DNA of 20,000 bases, from positions 44,418 through 64,417 of the forward strand of contig MEDY01000268.1 in the NCBI GenBank assembly GCA_001724265.1, read 5' to 3'. The first letter of the stretch is position 1; every line of letters starts with the position of its first letter. This DNA comes from Rhizaria sp. SCN 62-66. Lineage: Eukaryota. This document shows, piece by piece, positions 1 to 8,191 of the stretch. Under the pieces are notes generated by a model that saw nothing but the letters and a program-made list of their open reading frames with translations, was not told the origin of the DNA and made no database searches. A program made the position numbers and the translations under genes.

Positions 1-3000
1 GCAGTCGAACACCCGTCGGGTGCAGGTGTCGCAGCCATGTTCACGGTGCTGCCTCCCAGAGCTCTCACAACATTCGCGTCGGTGGAAACCACGGTCGCCG
101 CCGTAGAGTTAGCGCACATCGCACCGCTGATACGGAGAGCACCAGTGTCCGCGCTCGCGGCAGCGCCAGCGTCGGTGTTGATGTGCGTGTAGCTCTTCCG
201 CCGGGGGACCTCGATGCCCATCGCACCGCCCCACCAGGCCCCAGTGCCAATGTCTTGGCACCGAAACAACCCGCCATTTCGCCTACCCAGGTTTGCGCAT
301 ATCTCCACGCTCGGAGCCGCGCCCGAAAACGCGCCGCCGGTCGCGTGGACGTCGTCGACGATGCGCGGCGGGAGCAGTAGTGGCGACTGCGGCTGCCCTG
401 CGGGCGGCTGCGTCGGCGCGATCGCCAACTGCTGCAAAGCGTCCGACTCGTTCGAGGGCGAGGCAGGGTGCGAATGGAAAAAGATGCCGTACTCGACCGC
501 GAGCTCCGACTCCGGCAGCGCAAGGCTGACGTTGCTGCTGTTCTGGCTGATGCCATTACCGCTACTCACGGCTGTGCTCGCGGGCAGCGCGGGGTGCCGC
601 TCGCTCTGATCGCGCGGCTGCAGCATGACCCGCTGCAGCAACTGCTGCTGCTCCAGTTGGAGCTCCAGCTGCAGCTGAATCAGCGCCGGGGACGGCGAGA
701 TGTTGATAGGGGGGCCAAACATAAGCGGCGACAGCGACTGCGACTGCTTCTGTGCATGAGCCTGGTGCAAGTTGAGCGCCACCGGCGGCCGACCAACCGA
801 GCGCGTCCAACCGACCGAGAGCGGCTGCGCCTGCGAGATAGACTGCGTCGGCAGCGCTTGACCGGAGAGCGAGAGCGTTGCCTTAACGTCGACGGGCTGC
901 GGGGGCCAGGGTGAGAGCGTGAGTGAAAGCGAGCTCGTGAGCGCCTGCGAGAGCGACTGTGCGCGCGCCTCGGTGGCCACGGTCATCACCGCCGGCCCCT
1001 GCTGCTGCCGCGCCAGCCGCTCCTGCTCGCGCTCGCGCTCGCGCTCGGTTCCGGCCGCGTCGCCGCCCGTGGCTACGCTCGCGTCGACAGCGCAGAAGTC
1101 GGTGGCCCTGGAGTTGGCGCTCGCGAAGAGTGCCCACGCGGGCGACGTCGACGCGGACGAGTCAGCCGACGACGACGAGGACGTCGGTGACGACAGCAGC
1201 GACGACGCGGAGTACAGCTCGGGCGCAGACAGTCCGCCGGCGGGCGATCCCGGCGGCGCTGTCGTCAGGACCGAAGCCTGTTCCGGGGGTGTCACGGTCA
1301 AAATAACCTGTGACGACTGCGCGATGCACTGTTGCAGCTGCAGCTGTGGCTGTTGCTGTTGCGCCATGGGTAACAAGGACAGGGTCACGCCCGCGGCCTG
1401 CTGGAGCAAGAACGGCTTCGCAAGCGGCGCGGCCGCGGCGGCGGCTGTGGCGGGAGAGTGCGCCGGCGTAACCGTTGCGGGGGCGAAACTGAAGCCGCAG
1501 CCGGGCGCAGCGTTGGGAGACTTCCCAAGAGCCGTGCAAAACACGCCGGCAGCGTCAGTGGCAACGCGGGCACCGACAACGTTGGCGGAGACGCTGTTGT
1601 TGGCGTCGTCGTTCTTGCAGTCGGTCATCAGTGTCGCGCCGCCGGCAGCAGCGGAGGCGCTGGCGGGCGCTGAGGAGAGCACGCACAGCCTGCGCGCTGC
1701 TTGCGCCCGCACTGCGTCGTCGGCAGCAGCAGTACTACCAGTAACGGCTGGAACAGAGATACATGTAGTCATGGACACGGGCACGTCGTCGTCGCGAATG
1801 ACATCTGCACCGTCACTCTCATTGTCACTAGCACCGTCGCCGTCGCTGCCACCGTCGCAGTCGCTGTCGCCGCCGCTGTCATCGCCACGTTGGACGCCAC
1901 GATGAAAGCCGCGCTGATAGCCGCCAGCAGGGACGTGCGCCGCGTGCGCCGCCAGCGGCTGTGGCGACCGCACATGGGCGGACCTGCCCAAGACGGGCAC
2001 CCGCAGCGCGTGCACGCCGTCGTCGTCTCTGCTGTCGTCTCTGCAGTCGTCGTCGCTGTCATTGGGGAGGGCACGCTTGTGCGAGCGACCCCGGTCGCGA
2101 CGACCCCGGTCGCGGTCGCGGTGGGTCGTGCAGTGGGCAGGGACGTCACCGCCGGCGGCGCAGAGCGCGGCTCGGCGGCTCGGCGGCTGGCTCGTGTCGG
2201 TCGCGTTTTCGGCGCCATCAGCAGTAGCTGCAGCAGCAGCAGTGAAGCTGCTCTGCAGCGAGAGATTGATAGCGCGCGCCGAGGTGAGGCCAGTAAAGGG
2301 CTCGGTCTCCGAGTCCGACGCAGCGCCGTTGTCGTTGCTGTTGCCCGCGCGGTCGTCGGTGGCCGCGATGTGCGCGACGGCCGCCGCGTCGAAGTCGGCG
2401 TCGGTCGTCCCGACGACCACAGCCCCCGCGGTGGGGGTCGTGGGGTCCGCGGCCACACTTCCAACGTCAATCATAATCTCAGTCGCTACGACTGCTGCCG
2501 CGGCAGCGATGGTTGCGTTCTGAGGCGGGGACGAATCAGTCGTGGGGAGTTCAGTGGGGGTTGAGACCATGGCGGACCGGCAGAGACCAGCAGTCCTAAC
2601 AAATCAAACGCAACATATATGAAGATTAACATTAGCGGCGAATGAAAATAAATTACCAAAATATTGCTATATCGTGAATATACATAGAATTAAAACCTGA
2701 TTTTGAAGTATATCGTGAGAATTCTTCGGTTAAGTTTGTCGAACCGTGTGTTCTGTGATTGTCGTACCTGGCTCGAGAGCTGGGCCGCGAAAGAGCGCCC
2801 CACTTCTGCTGTTGTTCCTGTTGCTGCTGCTGTTGCGCCGCGGCGCGCGGAGCCGGCGAAACCTCAAACGCGCTGGCGGCGTCGCTGGCGCTGGACCCGC
2901 TGAGCGCCGAGTCGCTGTGGTCGTCGCCGTGGCTATCTCCGCGCTGCCACTCCTCCTGCAGCGCGGCCAGAGCGAGCGACGACTTGTGCGTCGGCCACCG

Positions 3001-3777
3001 CAGGCTCAAGACGCCCGCCGCCGCGGCCAAAGAGTCCGTGTGGGCGGGGGCGTCGGTGGCGTTTGCGGCGGCGGCGGGGGCCGCGTGCGCGCCGCTGCTG
3101 GGAGGCGCAGATGGGCAGTGCGCGATGGTTACGTCGCAGGAGATATTATCGGCGGGACGCGGAACCGGCGCGGACGGCTTCGAGTGCGCGTGAAGACTGG
3201 GTTGCATGCTCGGGGAATAAACCCGCACCGCTGCGGCAACTCGGACGATGCTATGCTCTGAAGGAGGCGCGGTGTAGGCAGAGTGCGGTTGAGTCAACGG
3301 GAGCGGGGTGGCAGTTGTGATGGGAGGCACGTCCTGATCTTCGCGAAGTGACCTGGAAACGAGGCACGGTGACGGATCGTTGGCATGTATTTCCTTGAGC
3401 ACGGCCGCGCCTGTGAGGTACATGCTCTTGGTAAACGTTCCGGGGGTCGTACCGTTGAAACTGGGGCGGCAGGGCGGGAGGACGCCACGGCCAAGGAGAG
3501 CAGGCGAAGGCGTAACCAGGGTGGAAGTCGAGCAGGCAGCACATTTCCCACAGTTCTGCCCTGCACATGCACCTACATTAGGAATAAACGGAACTCCTGT
3601 CGTACCGTCGTGCGTGTGCATGGACTTATGCTGGTTTTTGAGCACAGAACTGTCAACGGGAAGTGGGGGCGTCTCCGAGGAGGTTCGCCATTCGTTGGCG
3701 GACGCGAATCTGGACTGCAGAGCCGACGAGGAAATTACGGCGCTCGCCGACGCATCTGTGGCATTAGAATCAGCCAT
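1..3777 (-). CDS. Large low-complexity (Ala/Ser/Gln/Asp-rich) hypothetical protein, 3'-truncated by the window edge; exons 3777-2768 and 2595-<1; >1200 aa
   Basis: Manual translation shows a stop-free minus frame from 2594 to position 1 (TAGLCRSAMVSTPTELPTTDSSPPQ...ATPAPDGCST), absent from the ORF track because it has no stop in the window. It joins ORF 2653..3810 in frame through a phase-2 GT-AG intron. The first ATG is at 3777 (MADSNATD); the true start is uncertain. No domain recognised. Confidence 0.75.
2596..2767 (-). other. Spliceosomal intron (172 nt, phase 2) of the left-edge gene
   Basis: Donor CAG|GTACGA at 2767, CTAAT branch-like motif, acceptor TTTGATTTGTTAG| ending at 2596, and a drop in GC. 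The frame is preserved (AG+G = Arg). An alternative in-frame donor TG|GTAATT lies at 2656. Confidence 0.7.
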
Positions 3778-4141
3778 CTGCAAAACTCGTATCTGTGACA
3801 CTCCTATCACCTAATAGATTATGCAAAATACCAAGTATGGATGTCTAAAAGTGCGAATCAAAAGAGATGCAAGCAGGGGTTAGGGAGGTGGGCGAGGAAT
3901 TTGAAAGAGGAGTTAACACAATGCCCAGTCACTGTTCGGGCGTAATTGTGCAGTATAATATGAAAAACAAGCCATAGTATCTAATTTAATCAAATGCACT
4001 AGTTTTCACTCAAACAAAATCACCTAACGACTCATTTCCTTATGGGCAGGAACGGATCTGAAGCGGCCTAACTTTGGCGACAAGCCTGATATCATGATAG
4101 GTCTCCTTATCGGAGACAAAATCAGGAATTCGGCTACTCTA

Positions 4142-4179
4142 TAGCGCCATGTGGGCACTTTAGCGCCATGTGGGCACTT
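4142..4179. repeat. Perfect tandem duplication of the 19-mer TAGCGCCATGTGGGCACTT
   Basis: Read directly: 4142-4160 is identical to 4161-4179. Confidence 0.95.
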
Positions 4180-5018
4180 TGCAACGGCACGTTTCTGATT
4201 AATCTAGCATTTCCGCGTTAACTATTATATTCTTGCACCAATAATTATTCATACATTGCTTATTTTATCCTGATTTCAGACTAATATGCATTCTCCCTAC
4301 TTGGCAAAGCAGCTGGGCTCATTATCAGCCGAACAAAAAGTGATCGTTTTAGCAGACGACGCAACTCCTAGCATCATGCTCACTGATGACGTTCTCCATT
4401 GCCACATCAACCTTGCTCTCAACCTCGCCATCAAAGTTGGCTTGATGTGGTATTACGGTGAGATTCTTCCCGACAATTCTTAAGTACTTTTCTCACTGAT
4501 AACCATTTCAATCTGAAACAAAATTCAGATAACTGTTTTGATTGTAATTCTTGTATTTTAATATATTTTTTTCGTTTTTCAATTCTTTGTTGTTCAATTA
4601 CTTTTTTTTTTCTTTAAGACATTCCTCTTTCAGCCGTTACCATAATCGACCATCTAATTTTTTTAATGAAACTGTTGACTTACACCTCCAAAACATGAGG
4701 ACAAACATTACAAATAAAACAGAGAAATAAGAGAATGAATGATATGCTTTATTGAACTCAAGAAGAGCGAATATATATCGCGAATAAAAAGCTTCACGCT
4801 AACGAAAACTAGAAAATGTGAACGTCAAAGTCACCTGTAATCACACACAATGATACTTATACGAACATTAAAAAAGGCTATACATTAATGGTGCTACAAA
4901 ACACAAATATGGAACCGTATTCACCGATTTGCAGCGCTCAACGCGGTTCAGAACATGTTTCTGATGGCACGTTCCGATGCGACACAGCATCTCAGCATCA
5001 TATCGCTGCCTCTGCTGC

Positions 5019-6555
5019 TCAGATGTCCCCGATACCGATCATGGACTTCATGATCTTGGACAGCGACGGGTAGTTTGTGAGCATGTGCTTGGGGTTGTTT
5101 TGCATCGCGCTCATAATCACGCCCATCGCAAGCGCGAAAAATCCGTAATCGATGTAGTGGATCTTGGGGAGCCAGCCCCACTTGCGGACGCACTTGTACG
5201 CCGACTGCAGCGCGGGTGACATGCAATAGATGGCGAGCTCGAGCCTGCGCGCCTTGCTCTCGAGCAGCACGGCCAGCCCAGCCATCGGTCCGACCGTGAT
5301 CCACGTGCTCGGGCCCGAGAGCATGTTAAGCCGCATCAACAGACAGCACATGGCCCAGGCGTTGGCGCAGTAGAGCGCGAGGAAAGCGGCGGAGCGAACG
5401 CACGAGCGAAGCAGCGCACGCATCGCGGCGACGGGGTCCTTGAGGAACGCGTGCCAGCGGAAGAGCACGACGGAGGTGAAGTTAAGCGGGAAGTAGAAGC
5501 GCAACGAGAGCTGGAAGAAGTGTTTGATCACGAAGCTGAAGTAGTGCGCCACGCAGCCCTGGCCCGGGTGCAGCACCGCGCACGCGGGATGGCATTGCGC
5601 CTGAATAGACGGGTACAACGCAGCAGAATCAGCCGCAGAGTCAGGCACGGAGTCAGGCACAGAGTCAGAAGGTCGTTGTCGCATCAAATACATACAGAGA
5701 GATAAAATGAGAGATATATGGGCTCAACATTAAGAAAACAGCAGTGTAACAATATATCATAGCAGAGTATATGCGTTTTTAAGAGAAAAACAACAGCTAA
5801 AGGAAGATATGCATGGCGATTTGGAGCGTACCTTGACAGTCTTGGTCTCTGGGTTGAGGAACTTGCTCCACTCGATCGCGCCGAGCCCGCGCGCGCGGCG
5901 GCACGCGTCAATGGCCGCGGTGTCCACGGGCAGCCCGCGGCCGGCGCTGGCGACCATGTTGATCGTCGGCTTCGTCTTCCAGCCGGCCATGAGCAGGAAC
6001 TTAAGATACGAAGGCGGGAGTGTGTCCTGCTCGTAGATGTACGCGAAGAGGATGTGACACGCCGACAGACACAGCAGCGCCGTGTCGCCGTGACGGAAGC
6101 GCTTAAGCGGCGCGGGGTACCACGGCTGGTGGGTCGTGCCGTGGGCGAGGATGGCCATGGCGCGCACGAAGAGGTACACCGCGATCGACGGCCGGTCCGC
6201 GGGCTTGAGCGCGGCGATGCTGCCTGCCGCGATAGCGCCCGAGAGGAACGACGGAAGGTGGCCCTTCTCCTGCGGCAGCACGGCGTGGATGAGCCCCAGC
6301 ATCGCCTTGTACGTCCCCGCGAAGCCGCCCAGGAAGAGACCGAACCGCAGCGACTGCTCGTTGAGCAGGGCCGACACCGATCGCGGGCGGCGCATAGAGA
6401 TGATGTGACCAAGAAGCGCGACGACAACCTTAAGCCCCACGCCAATGCCAAAGTTGCGCACGGCGGAGACCAGCGCGTCCACCACGGGGTGCCGGCGCGG
6501 GGACGAGGAGGCTGCGGCGGCGGCGTCGCTGCATTTGCGGGATGGGCCCTGCTGC

Positions 6556-6587
<32 letters not shown>

Positions 6588-6983
6588 TTGCTGCTGCTGT
6601 TGCTGCTGGGACGAGCTGTAAGGCGTAAGGGTAACGCCACTAGCCGAGGTAAACGTGGCGCGGGGGCCGCTGCCATTGCTGGAGTCGGTGAAGGCGGACG
6701 CGGCGCCAGGGGCGGCTGGGGAGGCAGTGTTTGAGTTGCTCGTTTGAGTGGCGACTCGGTGGAGATCGGAGAAAGGGTTGTTCGCTGCAGTTGCAAGCAT
6801 GCGCTCAGCCGGTGGAGTATCAGGGTTGGACGAGGCGGAAGCAAGAACCGCGGAACTGGGGACGCGACCGCCAATCGGGGAGGGCTCGATATCCAACGCA
6901 CCGCAGAACGAGCAGACGTGTGCGAGGGGCGCAGCGGAGGGCTGCTCTTTCACGGGGATAGACAGCCCGAGGGTTGAACTCAT
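5019..6983 (-). CDS. TMEM135: TMEM135 (PMP52)-family multi-pass membrane protein; exons 6983-5832 and 5600-5019; 577 aa
   Basis: Family-like segments include SLRFGLFLGGFAGTYK, SFLSGAIAAGS, IAVYLFVRA, LFAYIYEQDTLPPSYLKFL, CAVLHPGQGC, RSAAFLALY and LAVLLESKARRLELAIY. ATG at 6983, TGA at 5021-5019, with a phase-0 intron joining TVK|AQCHP. The N-terminal extension is low-complexity and contains Q20. Confidence 0.88.
5601..5831 (-). other. Spliceosomal intron (231 nt, phase 0) of the TMEM135-like gene
   Basis: Donor AAG|GTACGC at 5831 and acceptor TCTATTCAG| at 5601, with about 120 nt free of AG before the acceptor. It contains an in-frame stop at 5757-5759. Confidence 0.88.
5621..5668 (-). repeat. 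Four tandem imperfect 12-mers inside the TMEM135 intron
   Basis: The minus strand reads CTGACTCTGTGC CTGACTCCGTGC CTGACTCTGCGG CTGATTCTGCTG. Confidence 0.85.
6549..6608 (-). repeat. Coding CAG/CAA microsatellite, Q20
   Basis: 60 nt of CTG/TTG triplets on the plus strand, in frame in TMEM135 exon 1. Confidence 0.95.
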
Positions 6984-8191
6984 TTTGTACGAATGTCAAT
7001 CTTTTCACAAAAGTATGGGCTGCCAAAAGTGGGAGTTTGAAGACGAATATTGACGCCGGATATGAACGTTTTGCAATCGTGACGAAGCAACCCCGACCAA
7101 CAGTTTTGAGATCTGACGAGCACCAACACATATTCAAAGATATTCAGCGCCCTATAACGTAGTTAAGAAAGTTTGTTCAGGATTACTTTATTTGCGTATG
7201 CATGATTTACGAATACTTGCATAATTTTTCTTAAAATAACGAATTTACGACAAGAAGTGCCATTTTATGCCGGACTACCTCGTTTTTTCACTCCACCGCG
7301 CAAACACATGTGTTGATTAATGCGATTGTTTGGGCCACATTTATATTTTTGAACAATTTCATAGAACTTTTGCAATTTAAAAACATTCGTAATATGTAAA
7401 ACCTTGCGTAATTTTAGTTGGCAGTGTATATTTGTACTATCAGATAGAAAAATCACTCCCCCTCCAAAGCCTATGAGGTGTTTGACCTATGGTATCTGCA
7501 GCTGCCAGTCATACGGACTTCGCAATAAGAGGAGCTGGTGCTCCCCACTCACCCGACTACACCGACATGCGTGGGATCGAACTTCTGCGTTGTCAAACAG
7601 GGACTCCATCACACCAAACACAGCATCCGTCACGGGTTACACATGGTGTATTAATACACTTGTTGTCGCCACGTGTTTGCTGAGCTTGGTACTCGCGCTC
7701 TTCGACGCCTTCGCGATGCTCGTGGCGATGCTCGCGTTTCTCAGCCTCGCGTAGTCGATCTACAACGCCGCCTTGCTCTGGCCCTCGGTGCCGCATTGAA
7801 CCTGACCTGATCAGGGAGGGTAGGCATTGGCACCTACGACAGATGACATACAAAATCTTACACATAAGCATGAGAACAAACGAAGAATCCGATTTAAACG
7901 ATGTATTTTGCGCCAGAAAGTATCGCAAAAATTCTCGACATCTCTCAAGTTGGTCCCACCACGAGCGCAACTCAGACCACCGAATTGATAACAGGGTAAG
8001 TTGCGTGAAACACCGCTGGACTGCGTCGCCGTCGCCAAATGGGGACGACATCTTCGTAAAGCATCGTGTTAATGTCGAAAAAAACGTTGTGTTTATATTA
8101 ATCCTATGATTATGATATAAAATTTTATGGAAAATTTACGTCATTTCCAATCCGCACATCGTTACGGTGGTAAGCAGAGCACTACACAGCC

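Noticed and set aside
4142-4179. CRISPR-like or LTR interpretation of the 19-bp repeat
   Set aside because: There are only two abutting copies, no spacer, no cas or retroelement ORF, and the context is eukaryotic.
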